This document shows, one piece after another, positions 1-10,913 of a stretch of 64,000 bases of DNA (its first letter is position 1; each line of letters starts with the position of its first letter). The DNA lies in contig OX638340.1 of NCBI GenBank assembly GCA_951812955.1, positions 3,296,001 to 3,360,000 of the forward strand, written 5' to 3'. The translations under genes and the position numbers were made by a program. The notes under the pieces were generated by a model. It made no database searches. It saw only the letters and a list, made by a program, of their open reading frames with translations, and was not told the DNA's origin. The DNA is from an uncultured Gemmatimonadota bacterium (GTDB taxonomy: Bacteria; JAAXHH01).

Positions 1-58
1 CAGCTTCACGCCAGTTGAACCGCCCTTGTGGCGGTGGCACCTGTCGTGTCCACAAAAC

Positions 59-829
59 CTAGGCGGAAAAAACCCCATAGAATAGTGTCTGCACTAGCGT
101 TGAATTGAAAAACTGTGTGCCTTTTTCCCCCTCGAATCGGACACCAAGCGCGGCTTCTATCGCAGCCCGCACCGATTCTAGAGACGGCGAATCGTCGACG
201 GCTTCGACACGAGAGAGCCCATCCCGAGCATAAGATGCTAACAACCACGCTAGGTCCTTAGGCTCGGTAAGCATAGTGCGATGTGACAAAGCTCGGGAAA
301 GATACTCACCCAAGCCCACGCTGACCTCTCGGGCAAAGGTTCGCGGAGTCGCTAACTTTAGATCAAATTCCTCAGCAGTCTCGGCTACCTTAAAGCACTC
401 CAATACCGTCTGCTTCCCGACATCGTCTTCTCCCACCAAAACGAATTCACAAGTGTCGGTCACCAGCACCTGACGATAGCGTGCCCAATACCGGGCGACC
501 TGTTCGCCGACCGCTGTCGCTGCAGCATCACCAGAGAGTGACTTCACCTCCACAACGCCACGTTCCGGCGCTTGCTCTTCGCGAGGTCTGCCTCTCCTAA
601 CCTGGTTTTCAGTAAAAAGCCCGAAGTCAGGATGGCCCGCACCTAGATCAGCAAGCTCTCCAACGCAATGCACCTTAGGATTGAGCATTCCACCGATGGC
701 GTTCAGCAGATTTGCGATTGGTCCATAGCTAGAACGTTCTCCGGTCGCAGCCCCGGAAGCCTTTATTCTCTGCAAATCGGCGAAGTAGAGCTCAACTGCT
801 GCAGTTAGTTTATTGTTCAATACTGTCAT
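59..829 (-). CDS. PD-(D/E)xK nuclease-domain protein, 256 aa, resembling the N-terminal endonuclease domain of MmeI-like Type IIG / BREX PglX-like enzymes; possibly a truncated remnant
   Basis: Motifs HPDFGLF ... GVVEVKS form a D...E-x-K pattern. A following QVLVTDTCEFVL block lines up with MmeI PRYVLVCDFQRFRL. No methyltransferase domain follows. The region has lower GC than the flanks, and an overlapping out-of-frame ORF (6..248) hints at decay. Confidence 0.45.
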   Translation of the reverse strand: MTVLNNKLTAAVELYFADLQRIKASGAATGERSSYGPIANLLNAIGGMLNPKVHCVGELADLGAGHPDFGLFTENQVRRGRPREEQAPERGVVEVKSLSGDAAATAVGEQVARYWARYRQVLVTDTCEFVLVGEDDVGKQTVLECFKVAETAEEFDLKLATPRTFAREVSVGLGEYLSRALSHRTMLTEPKDLAWLLASYARDGLSRVEAVDDSPSLESVRAAIEAALGVRFEGEKGTQFFNSTLVQTLFYGVFSA

Positions 830-1224
830 GATTACAATTATAAGGTTGATGAATGCAGGCGCTATAGTGTGTTAGAGGAGTTATGCGAAAAGCGAGGAGT
901 GGTGTCTAATGTAACAGCGACCTTTAAATGCGGATGTTTGATGCTCGTAAGAGTCAGGGAATTCGGGTTCTTTTTCTTCAATTTTCAATGTCATCAATGC
1001 GAAACTTCACCCTGACGTATTTGCTGTCTTCGTTTTGTTCAAGCTCTGGTTCAGCGCCGTTGAGCTCGCTAATCGCTTTGCGCATCAACGGCCACACTCT
1101 TCCTCTTTTCCATATATCCTAACTGCCATCTAATTTGCCATCAGTTTATTTTAACGTGCATGTATTCAGATAAAGTACTGTATTAAGTTGAGGACATCCC
1201 AATTGATCTCCTGTTGTTCCGTCC

Positions 1225-1491
1225 TCAGCGATATATCTTATCCCGTCTGCCAACTCGAATTACCAAAACGCGCAACGCTCCGGTCTGTATGTCGCAGATC
1301 ACACGAAAGTCACCGACCCGATATCGCCACAATTTGCCCATCGGTCCGGCCAGTGCCCTTCCCGTGTTTCGTGGATCACTGGAGTCAGCAACGCGTTCTT
1401 CAATGTAATTGACGATGCGCAGTGTCGTCTGCTTGTCGAGCTTGCGAAGATCGTTAAGGGCGGTTTCAGTGTACTCAATCGTCCAGGGCAA
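1225..1491 (-). CDS. RelE/ParE-family type II toxin
   Basis: 88 aa. WTIEYTETALNDLRKLDK ... WRYRVGDFRVICDI ... VLVIRVGRRDKIYR is the classic RelE/ParE fold signature. It overlaps the upstream antitoxin by 17 nt. Confidence 0.8.
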   Translation of the reverse strand: MPWTIEYTETALNDLRKLDKQTTLRIVNYIEERVADSSDPRNTGRALAGPMGKLWRYRVGDFRVICDIQTGALRVLVIRVGRRDKIYR

Positions 1492-1702
1492 GGGACTTTC
1501 TCACTTCGGAAGCAGTGTAGACTTTTTCCGTCCCTCTTCTGAGGCGATTCAGTACGTCCGACGCAAAGTAGTAGTCTTCCAGGTCTTCGAGGCCACGCTC
1601 AATGATCTCACGTAAGTGGAAGTCCTTGCTGAGGCTCGTCTTGGATACCAATAACTCAAGCCGCTTTTCATCTTCGGGAGTCAGTTGTATCGAAGTCGCC
1701 AT
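1475..1702 (-). CDS. Type II antitoxin (RHH/RelB-DinJ-like) paired with the RelE toxin
   Basis: Small acidic protein starting MATSIQLTPEDEKRLELL. An AAGGA RBS precedes the ATG at 1702. It overlaps the toxin start, the typical TA arrangement. Confidence 0.65.
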   Translation of the reverse strand: MATSIQLTPEDEKRLELLVSKTSLSKDFHLREIIERGLEDLEDYYFASDVLNRLRRGTEKVYTASEVRKSLALDD

Positions 1703-1949
1703 GTCGGGTAATCCTTTGTCGATTAAACTACAACTGCGAAGAATCATCTAAGTTTCAACGTACTTCATAGAGGTACTTACGTCAATATCCTAATCCTTTT
1801 CGCGCGGACTGAGCCTGTCTTCATCTCAGTATAGTCACAATACTGTGGCCTAAGAAACCCCCCGCCACCCTGCATCCGCAATACCAACCCTTCCCCGCTC
1901 TGCCGCAGGCTATATTATCAGAAGGCGGCTCAAAATCCGGACGTCTGAA

Positions 1950-2960
1950 TCACGCCTCCTCGATAAACTTCTCCACGTCCACGCAGGCCCCGTCCCGTCT
2001 TGCCGATTCCCACCCGGCCAGAATAGGCGCAAGCGACTTGAGCCCATCGTGATAATCGCTCTGAAGCAGGCCGGGATTGTTCGACCTGACCGCTTCGACG
2101 AAGGTCCGGTCCTGGGCGAACCAGGGGTCAAAGGGGTCGGCCTCGTAGACGACCTCGTCATTCAGCTCGATACGCTCGTAGCCGAAGACCGCGAGTCTCC
2201 CGCCGTCGAAGTAGATTTTGAAGTAGGGCTCTTCGCCCGGCCCGGTCGGATCGGATTCGATGAAGGTCAGCGTCGCCGTGGCACCGGCAGACAACTGGTA
2301 GTGAAAAGACGAGGAGAGCGGCGTATGATATTCGTCCGGATGGTACAGGTACGCCTGGGAGCTGTGTACGTCCTGCCCGGTCATGAACCGGGTGTAGTCC
2401 GTGGCGTGCACGCCCCAGTCGAAGAACCGGACGCCGCCTTTCTCCACCTGGTGCGACCACTCGGTCCGGTCGGAGGCGGCCGGCTTGACGTTATGTGAGA
2501 TCTGCTGAAAGCGGACGTGCACCACGCGCTTGTCCTCTAGCAGCCGCCGGGCCTCTTGGAAGATGGGTCGATACCGTTCTCGGAAGCCTACTGTGCTGAT
2601 GACGCCGCCCTTCCGCACGGCCGCGTCGATCCGCTTCGCCAGGGCCATCTCCAGTGCCTGGGGCTTCTCGCTGAAGAGTTGTATGCCTCGTTCGGCTGCC
2701 GCGATTTCCACGTCGGTGCGGGCGAAGGCCGGTACGATAGACCACAATGCGTCGGGCTGTTCGGTTTCGAGCATTTCGTGGGCGTCCGAATATGTACGGG
2801 CGACCCCGAACTGCGCAGCCGCTTCACTGAGCGCGGTTTCGTTGATGTCACACAGCGCCGTGATTTCGGCACCGTCGATCCGGCTCAGGTTGGGCAGGTG
2901 CGTGGCCTGGGCAAACCTGCCGGTACCGTAAACGGCAACGCGGACGGGTCGATCAGTCAT
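1950..2960 (-). CDS. Gfo/Idh/MocA family NAD(P)-dependent oxidoreductase
   Basis: N-terminal Rossmann VRVAVYGTGRFAQATHLPNL and the EKP motif (FSEKPQAL) typical of the family. Start placed at MTDRPVRV. Confidence 0.8.
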   Translation of the reverse strand: MTDRPVRVAVYGTGRFAQATHLPNLSRIDGAEITALCDINETALSEAAAQFGVARTYSDAHEMLETEQPDALWSIVPAFARTDVEIAAAERGIQLFSEKPQALEMALAKRIDAAVRKGGVISTVGFRERYRPIFQEARRLLEDKRVVHVRFQQISHNVKPAASDRTEWSHQVEKGGVRFFDWGVHATDYTRFMTGQDVHSSQAYLYHPDEYHTPLSSSFHYQLSAGATATLTFIESDPTGPGEEPYFKIYFDGGRLAVFGYERIELNDEVVYEADPFDPWFAQDRTFVEAVRSNNPGLLQSDYHDGLKSLAPILAGWESARRDGACVDVEKFIEEA

Positions 2961-3073
2961 GGATGTTCTCCTAATCTCCTTCACGCCGGCGTGGTGTGGC
3001 GCGGTGCGACCGATGCGGTCCGGCCGGTGCGGCTATTGCTATTCCTGAATACTGATCTCTATCGATCGCCGGA

Positions 3074-4114
3074 CTATACGGACGGCATTTCCACGCTTAG
3101 TTCGGCCGCGGTTTCCGAGATCGAGTCCCAGGTCTTTTCCGGAATGTAAATCCCTTCGGCCAACCGCTTCCGCTTGGCGACTTCTTCGATCTCCCCCGGG
3201 GCGTACACCTTCTCGAATCCCGGCAGGGGTTTCGCCGAACCCACGTAGGCCACGTGGGCTTCGATTTCTGCGGTGTATGCGTCCAGGTCCATGAAGGCCC
3301 CGATGTCCATGGCGGCGATCAGGATCCCGCCGCCGCCCTTGCCACCCGTACACCCGGCCCTGGACAGGGGGCCGATGATCATCTCGATCATCATGGCCAG
3401 GCCGTGCCCCTTGTGGCCGAACTGCAGGCCGCCCAGGGGCAGCACGGCCACCTGGTCCGGTTCGGCGTGATACCGGCTCCCGTCGTTGACGTAGCGGCCC
3501 TGCTGGTCAATCAACCAGCCATCTGGCATCGGCTCACCGCGTTCGATCTTCTGTTCCACCTTGCCGCCCGCGACCACGCTGAGCGTCATGTCCAGCATGA
3601 GCGGCGGCCCCTTCTCCCGGGGCACGGCGAAGGCGATGGGCTCGGGACGGAGGCGCCGGTCGGCGCTACCGAAGGGCGCCACGAATTCGCCGCCGCCGTT
3701 CAACCCGACCATGCCGATCATGCCGTGTTCGGCGATCCGCGGAGGAAAGTCCCCCAGCCGGCCGATATGGGAAACGTTGCGCAGGGCGACCAGGCCGATC
3801 GCGGCGTTCCGCGCTTTTTCAACCGCGATGGAGAGCGCTTTCGTAACCGCCACGATGCCGTTTGCGCCGTTCCCGTCGACTTGCGCAAAGCCGGGTCGGT
3901 CTACGATCACGGAATGGTCTTCCCACGGCTTGTAATCCGACTGCAGGGACGGGACGTAACGCGGCATGAACCACACGCCGTGGGAATCGTGCCCGAGCAG
4001 ATTGCTGGTCGTCAGGTGATCGGCGAGAATATGCGCGTCGTCTTCTGGGATGCCGGTCGCCTCGAAGATCGACCGGCTCAGGCTGTTCAGCTTGTCGTAG
4101 GGCACTACGGGCAT
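3074..4114 (-). CDS. Ldh_2 family (malate/L-lactate/sulfolactate dehydrogenase-like) oxidoreductase
   Basis: HDSHG, GxxNGI, HIGRLGDF and GHKGHGLAMMIE motifs. Start assigned to MPVVPY with a GAGGAG RBS. The longer ORF upstream only reads through the tandem repeat. Confidence 0.75.
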   Translation of the reverse strand: MPVVPYDKLNSLSRSIFEATGIPEDDAHILADHLTTSNLLGHDSHGVWFMPRYVPSLQSDYKPWEDHSVIVDRPGFAQVDGNGANGIVAVTKALSIAVEKARNAAIGLVALRNVSHIGRLGDFPPRIAEHGMIGMVGLNGGGEFVAPFGSADRRLRPEPIAFAVPREKGPPLMLDMTLSVVAGGKVEQKIERGEPMPDGWLIDQQGRYVNDGSRYHAEPDQVAVLPLGGLQFGHKGHGLAMMIEMIIGPLSRAGCTGGKGGGGILIAAMDIGAFMDLDAYTAEIEAHVAYVGSAKPLPGFEKVYAPGEIEEVAKRKRLAEGIYIPEKTWDSISETAAELSVEMPSV

Positions 4115-4162
4115 GGGCCAACTCCTCTGGAATCTGAAGTTTGCTAACGCTGGGCATGGGCG

Positions 4163-4279
4163 TCGAGCCGGATCTCGCGGACCAGGAGGATCGAGCGCGA
4201 ACCGCGCCGGATCTGCAGGACCAGAAGAATCGAGCGAGGTTCGAGCCGGATCTGCAGGATCAGATGAGTAAAATATCAC
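4163..4279. repeat. 39-bp tandem repeat x3 (cgagccggatctgcaggaccag...)
   Basis: Three consecutive near-identical 39-bp units read directly from the sequence, upstream of the Ldh_2 start. Confidence 0.8.
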
Positions 4280-4525
4280 ATCGCGGGTCAATGACAATCA
4301 GAATTGCGAATGACCTTGACTAGCCATAACGACATGAATATATTGGCACAATGAACCATATTGGCATTGCCAAAATGGCCATATCGGGACATATGACAGA
4401 ATGACATGATCTGAGCGGACTGGATATTCCCGCGTGCGGTTCCGTTGTTTTGATGAATTAACGATATAAATTACAACATCTTAAGTATGTATTCGAGTGA
4501 TGCGCAGATTGAAGAAGGTCGATGT

Positions 4526-4541
4526 TGGCACGGAAATTGCA
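4526..4541 (+). promoter_or_regulatory. Candidate sigma54 (RpoN) -24/-12 promoter upstream of groES
   Basis: TGGCACGgaaaTTGCA matches the consensus TGGCACG-N4-TTGCA exactly. It sits about 95 bp upstream of the groES ATG, inside a 330-bp AT-rich island. Confidence 0.5.
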
Positions 4542-4635
4542 CCATTGCACGGAAGGAATATGGACGCTAGCATCGTCAACAATCGTGCTGATTGAAGATC
4601 AGCGTACTTTTCACAATGGAAAGGAGCAGTAAACG

Positions 4636-4923
4636 ATGAACGTACAACCTTTGGGCGACCGCGTCCTGGTCAAGCGCCTCGAGGAAGAAGAGGTACAGCG
4701 CGGCGGTATCATCATTCCCGATACGGCGAAGGAAAAGCCGCAGCAGGGCGAGGTCGTGGCGGCCGGTCCGGGTCGCGTCGGCGACAACGGCGGCCGCGTG
4801 GAGCTGGAAGTCAAGGTCGGGGACAAGATCCTCTTTGGCAAATACTCCGGCACGGAAGTCAAGCTGGATGACGATGAGTATCTCATGATGCGCGAGGAAG
4901 ACATCCTGGGTATCGTGTCGTAG
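4636..4923 (+). CDS. groS: Co-chaperonin GroES
   Basis: 95 aa, [14 protein letters not shown]...[18 protein letters not shown]. Confidence 0.97.
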   Translation: MNVQPLGDRVLVKRLEEEEVQRGGIIIPDTAKEKPQQGEVVAAGPGRVGDNGGRVELEVKVGDKILFGKYSGTEVKLDDDEYLMMREEDILGIVS

Positions 4924-4967
4924 AGAATCACGTGTTGAACCGCAGCCGCGATCGGGCTTGCGGATGA

Positions 4968-6638
<1,671 letters not shown>

Positions 6639-6667
6639 TGCCTGCCGGGCAGTCCAAATGCATGAAG

Positions 6668-6704
6668 ACCGGCGCCGGCTGTTCAAGTCGGCGCCGGTTT
6701 TGTT
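6668..6704 (+). terminator. Rho-independent terminator after groEL
   Basis: Perfect 9-bp GC stem CCGGCGCCG/CGGCGCCGG with an 11-nt loop, followed by TTTTGTT. Confidence 0.65.
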
Positions 6705-6716
6705 AGGAAGGAATAC

Positions 6717-7067
6717 ATGCCTACCTACCAGTATCGCTGCAACGAATGCAATTACGAGTTTTCCGAGTTCCAGTCGATTACCGCAGATCCCCTATCGACG
6801 TGCCCGGAATGCGGCGGCGCCGTGCAACGCCTCATCAGCGGCGGCGCGGGTTTCCTTTTCAAGGGTGACGGATTCTACGCCACGGATTACCGCAGCGAGA
6901 ACTACAAGAAGGCGGAAAAAGCCGATAAGGAATCCTCGTCGGCCAAATCCGACGGGTCCAAGTCCGACGGGTCCGGATCCTCCGACGCTTCAGGTACCGG
7001 CAAAGAGTCGAAATCCAGCGCCTCTTCAAAGGTCGATTCGTCTTCGGGTTCGTCCGAGTCCAACTGA
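6717..7067 (+). CDS. FmdB-family zinc-ribbon protein with Ser/Lys-rich acidic tail
   Basis: MPTYQYRCNECNYEF...CPECGG is the CxxC-N-CxxC FmdB signature. Low-complexity SSSAKSDGSKSDGSGSS tail. It ends 10 nt before moxR. Confidence 0.7.
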   Translation: MPTYQYRCNECNYEFSEFQSITADPLSTCPECGGAVQRLISGGAGFLFKGDGFYATDYRSENYKKAEKADKESSSAKSDGSKSDGSGSSDASGTGKESKSSASSKVDSSSGSSESN

Positions 7068-7076
7068 AGGATCAAC

Positions 7077-8090
7077 ATGACCACGGAAAACGTGAAATCA
7101 CCGGACGACATCAAGGCCATCCACGACCGAATATACGAGCAGAGCGTCTTCGTCGACCGGCTGGTATCGGAAATCGGCAAGGTGATCGTCGGTCAGCATT
7201 ACATGGTCGAACGCCTCCTGATCGGCCTGCTGACCAATGGGCACATTCTGCTCGAAGGCGTGCCGGGGCTGGCCAAGACCCTGGCCGTCAAGACCCTGGC
7301 GTCGACGGTCGCGGCACGGTTCCACCGCATTCAGTTCACGCCCGACCTGCTCCCCGCCGATCTGACGGGCACCATGATCTACGAAGCGGGCAGCGGCGAG
7401 TTCATCGCCAAGAAGGGACCGATCTTCGCCCATCTCATCCTCGCGGACGAAATCAACCGTGCGCCGGCGAAAGTGCAGAGCGCCCTACTGGAGGCCATGC
7501 AGGAGCACCAGGTCACCATAGGCGACGAGACCTTTCCGCTCGAGGACCCCTTCCTGGTGCTCGCCACGCAGAATCCCATCGAGCAGGAAGGCACCTACCC
7601 CCTTCCGGAGGCCCAGGTCGACCGATTCATGCTCAAGCTGACCACGACCTATCCCCGCAAGGAAGAGGAACTCGAGATCCTGAACCGCATGACGACCGGC
7701 GAGTCGGTTGAAGTGGAACAGGTCGTGTCGCTGGAGGATATCGTCCGTGCGAGATCGATCATCAACCAGGTCTACATGGACGAGAAGATCAAGCAATACA
7801 TCGTCGACCTCGTCTTCGCGACCCGCAACCCGGAGGACTACGGCGAGCTCACCGACATCCGCGACCTGGTGGAGTACGGCGCCTCGCCCCGTGCGACGAT
7901 CTACCTGGCGACGGCCGCGCGCGCGCACGCCTTCCTGCGCCGCAGAGGCTATGTCACCCCGGAGGACGTAAAGTCGATCGGAATGGACGTGTTGCGCCAC
8001 CGCGTCATCGTTACCTACGAGGCGGAGGCGGAAGACATGACCGCGGAACAAATCCTTCAGCGCGTGTTCGACTGTGTAGAGATCCCTTGA
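7077..8090 (+). CDS. MoxR-family AAA+ ATPase
   Basis: GVPGLAKT Walker A, LADEINRAP Walker B/sensor, 337 aa. Confidence 0.9.
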   Translation: MTTENVKSPDDIKAIHDRIYEQSVFVDRLVSEIGKVIVGQHYMVERLLIGLLTNGHILLEGVPGLAKTLAVKTLASTVAARFHRIQFTPDLLPADLTGTMIYEAGSGEFIAKKGPIFAHLILADEINRAPAKVQSALLEAMQEHQVTIGDETFPLEDPFLVLATQNPIEQEGTYPLPEAQVDRFMLKLTTTYPRKEEELEILNRMTTGESVEVEQVVSLEDIVRARSIINQVYMDEKIKQYIVDLVFATRNPEDYGELTDIRDLVEYGASPRATIYLATAARAHAFLRRRGYVTPEDVKSIGMDVLRHRVIVTYEAEAEDMTAEQILQRVFDCVEIP

Positions 8091-8968
8091 TACCCAGGCA
8101 GATTATCCAGAAAATCCGGCAGATCGAGATCCGGACCAAGCATCTCGTGAACGACGTGTTCAGCGGAGAGTACCACAGCGTCTTCAAGGGCCGCGGCATG
8201 GAATTCGCCGAGGTGCGCGAATACGAGCCGGGAGACGAGATCCGATCGATCGACTGGAACGTCACCGCCCGGCTGGGACGTCCCTATGTCAAGCGGTTCA
8301 TCGAGGAAAGGGAACTGACGGTCATTCTCATGGCCGACGTCAGCGCATCGGGCCATTTCGGCACGGCGAGCCAGATGAAGAGCGAGATTACCGCGGAAAT
8401 CTGCGCGCTGCTTGCTTTTGCGGCGATCCAGAACAATGACCGTGTCGGCCTCCTCATGTTCACCGATCAGATCGAGAAGTTCATCCCGCCGAAGAAGGGC
8501 CGGACCCATATTCTGCGGGTCATCCGGGAAGTGCTGTACACCCGGCCCGATCACACCGGCACCGACATCACACAAGCGCTCGATTACCTGAACCGGTTGC
8601 TGACGCGCAGGAGCATAGTCTTCATCATATCGGATTTTCTCGATTCGGACTATGCCAAGCCGCTGCGGGTGGCCAGCAAACGGCATGACGTGGTCGCCGT
8701 AACGATCACGGACCCGAGGGAACTCGATCTGCCCGGCATCGGGCTGATCGAACTGCAGGACGCGGAATCGGGAGAGGAAGCGCTCATCGACACCACCGAC
8801 GCCGCATGGCGCAAGCAGTATGCCGAGTACAACGAGGCCATTCGTGAAGACCGCGACCGGCAATTCAGGGTGACCGGCGTGGACGCAATCCATATCCGTA
8901 CGGACGAACCCTACATCGATCCGCTGATGCAGTTCTTCAAGCTGCGCGAACGCAAAATCGCGCGGTGA
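8087..8968 (+). CDS. DUF58 (vWA-like) protein partner of MoxR
   Basis: EYEPGDEIRSIDWNVTAR and LMADVSASG motifs. Start overlaps the moxR stop (ATGA). Confidence 0.85.
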   Translation: MIPRQIIQKIRQIEIRTKHLVNDVFSGEYHSVFKGRGMEFAEVREYEPGDEIRSIDWNVTARLGRPYVKRFIEERELTVILMADVSASGHFGTASQMKSEITAEICALLAFAAIQNNDRVGLLMFTDQIEKFIPPKKGRTHILRVIREVLYTRPDHTGTDITQALDYLNRLLTRRSIVFIISDFLDSDYAKPLRVASKRHDVVAVTITDPRELDLPGIGLIELQDAESGEEALIDTTDAAWRKQYAEYNEAIREDRDRQFRVTGVDAIHIRTDEPYIDPLMQFFKLRERKIAR

Positions 8969-9118
8969 ATCGAAAACGGCGCGCCGGACCTGTCCGCGGG
9001 ATCGGGTCGAAAGGCAACAAAGGCTTGCATTTCATCACTTTGTGCGGTAAATTAGGTTACTTTGAAAACCGCTGTCCGTTTCGCGCGAAACTTGCGGGAA
9101 AGGCACTGGGAGCCTGAC

Positions 9119-10066
9119 GTGATAGAAGTAAAGAATCTGACCAAGAAATACGGTAATTTCACCGCGGTCCGGGACGTGAGTTTCCAGGTCGAAAAGGGCG
9201 AGATTCTCGGATTCCTCGGGCCGAACGCCGCGGGCAAGACCACTACCATGCGGGTGCTGACCTGCTTCATGCCCGCGACGGCCGGCACCGCCCGGGTGGC
9301 AGGGTTCGACACGTTCAACCAATCCCTCGAGGTGCGCCGCAGGGTGGGATACCTCCCGGAAAACGTACCCCTTTACCTGGACATGCGGGTCCGTCCATAC
9401 CTGGAGTTTATCGCCCGGATCAAGGATATCCCTTCCCGCGATCGCAAAAAGGCCGTCAACCGCGTAATCGAGCTGGCCGCGCTGGAAGATGTCGAAAACC
9501 GGATTATCGGACATTGCTCCAAGGGATTTCGCCAACGGGTGGGACTGGCCCAGGCGCTGATACACGACCCCGACGTCCTGATCCTGGACGAGCCGACCAA
9601 CGGATTGGACCCGAAGCAGATCAACGAGGTCCGTGAGGTGATCAGGAGCCTGTCCGGGGACCATACCATTATTCTCAGCAGTCATATTCTGCCCGAAGTG
9701 AGCAAGACCTGCGAGCGTGTGCTCATTATCGACCGGGGACGGATCGTGGCCGGGGACACGCCGGCCAACCTGGACGCGCGGCTGCGGGGTTCGCAATCCA
9801 TCTCGGTACAAATCCGCGGTCCGGTCAAGGAAGTGATGGACCTGCTGAAGAAGAAGGATGGCGTGGTGGACGTGAAGACCAGGTCTTCACTCGGCGAAAG
9901 CCTCTGGCAATATGACATCGACATCATTCCCGGCAGGGATCTCCGTCCCGAGCTGGCATCGTCGGTGGTCGAAAACAACTGGGACCTCCTGGAACTCACC
10001 ACGGCCGGCATGAGCCTGGAAGAGATCTTCCTGGAGCTGACGACCCAGGAAGAGGAGGTATCCTGA
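9119..10066 (+). CDS. ABC transporter ATP-binding protein (GldA-like)
   Basis: GPNAAGKTT Walker A, LSGG-like CSKGFRQRV, ILDEPTNGLD. GTG start after a GGGAG RBS; the ORF-track start at 9062 is TTG and less likely. Confidence 0.85.
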   Translation: MIEVKNLTKKYGNFTAVRDVSFQVEKGEILGFLGPNAAGKTTTMRVLTCFMPATAGTARVAGFDTFNQSLEVRRRVGYLPENVPLYLDMRVRPYLEFIARIKDIPSRDRKKAVNRVIELAALEDVENRIIGHCSKGFRQRVGLAQALIHDPDVLILDEPTNGLDPKQINEVREVIRSLSGDHTIILSSHILPEVSKTCERVLIIDRGRIVAGDTPANLDARLRGSQSISVQIRGPVKEVMDLLKKKDGVVDVKTRSSLGESLWQYDIDIIPGRDLRPELASSVVENNWDLLELTTAGMSLEEIFLELTTQEEEVS

Positions 10067-10068
10067 CG

Positions 10069-10842
10069 ATGCAGGGATTACTGGCCATCTGGGAACGTGA
10101 ATTGAAAGCCTATTTCATTTCACCTATCTTCTACGCCCTTACCACCGTATTCATATTTATCGTAAGTTTCATGTTTTACCAGCAGTTAGGGAACTACACC
10201 GGGTATTTCATGCAGGCCGCGCAGTACCCGACGCTGATGGAGCGGATCAACATCAACGAGATGATCATGCGTCCGCTGTTCAATACCATGAGTTTCGTGG
10301 CCGTGCTGACCCTCATGCCCATGCTCACCATGCGGGTCTTTTCCGAGGAAAAGAAATCCGGCACGATCGAGCTGCTGCTGACTTCGCCGGTCAAGGACTG
10401 GCACGTGATCCTGGGCAAGTTTTTGGCGGCCTATACCCTGTACACGGTCATGATCGGGCTGACGATGATCTACCCGCTGGTGCTTCAGGCGTATGGCGAT
10501 CCCGACTGGGGTCCCATCTGGGCCGGCTACCTGGGCCTCCTGCTCCTCGGCGGCGGCGTGATAACCATCGGGTTGTTCGCCTCGTCGCTGACGGAGAACC
10601 AGATCGTGGCCGCCGTGATCTGCTTCGGCGCCGCGCTCATACTCTGGATGATGGACGTAGCCGCGGAATCGATGACCGGTACTTTGGGGGAAATTGTCGG
10701 CTACCTGTCCGTGCTGAGGCACTACAATACCTTTGAAAAAGGGATCATCGACTCGACGGACTGCCTGTTTTTCCTCAGTTTCATTTTCCTGGGCCTGTTC
10801 ATCACGGTCCGGTCGGTGGAATCGACGCGGTGGCGAGGATAA
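10069..10842 (+). CDS. ABC-2 family permease (GldF-like)
   Basis: Six predicted TM segments. Immediately follows the ATPase. Confidence 0.75.
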   Translation: MQGLLAIWERELKAYFISPIFYALTTVFIFIVSFMFYQQLGNYTGYFMQAAQYPTLMERININEMIMRPLFNTMSFVAVLTLMPMLTMRVFSEEKKSGTIELLLTSPVKDWHVILGKFLAAYTLYTVMIGLTMIYPLVLQAYGDPDWGPIWAGYLGLLLLGGGVITIGLFASSLTENQIVAAVICFGAALILWMMDVAAESMTGTLGEIVGYLSVLRHYNTFEKGIIDSTDCLFFLSFIFLGLFITVRSVESTRWRG

Positions 10843-10913
10843 CGCGTGTCCCGAATGGACGACATAGCCCGCGCCTTCGATAGTGCGGATCTGGCCAGGG
10901 GAGAAACCCTTAC

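Noticed and set aside
978-1085. 35-aa minus-strand ORF (MRKAISELNGAEPELEQNEDSKYVRVKFRIDDIEN) in the AT-rich spacer
   Set aside because: It is too short, with no RBS or motif. It is possibly a relic fragment and cannot be supported from sequence alone.
3074-4297. N-terminal 61-aa extension of the Ldh_2 ORF (DPADPAR repeats)
   Set aside because: The extension is only translation of the 39-bp tandem DNA repeat. A good RBS and ATG sit at 4114.
4141-4323. 60-aa + strand ORF encoding EPDLADQEDRAR-type repeats
   Set aside because: It is a reading-frame shadow of the same tandem repeat, with no RBS and no independent support.
4300-4635. CIRCE (HrcA) element expected upstream of groES
   Set aside because: I searched the leader by eye for TTAGCACTC-N9-GAGTGCTAA or a close variant and found none. 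It is therefore not annotated.
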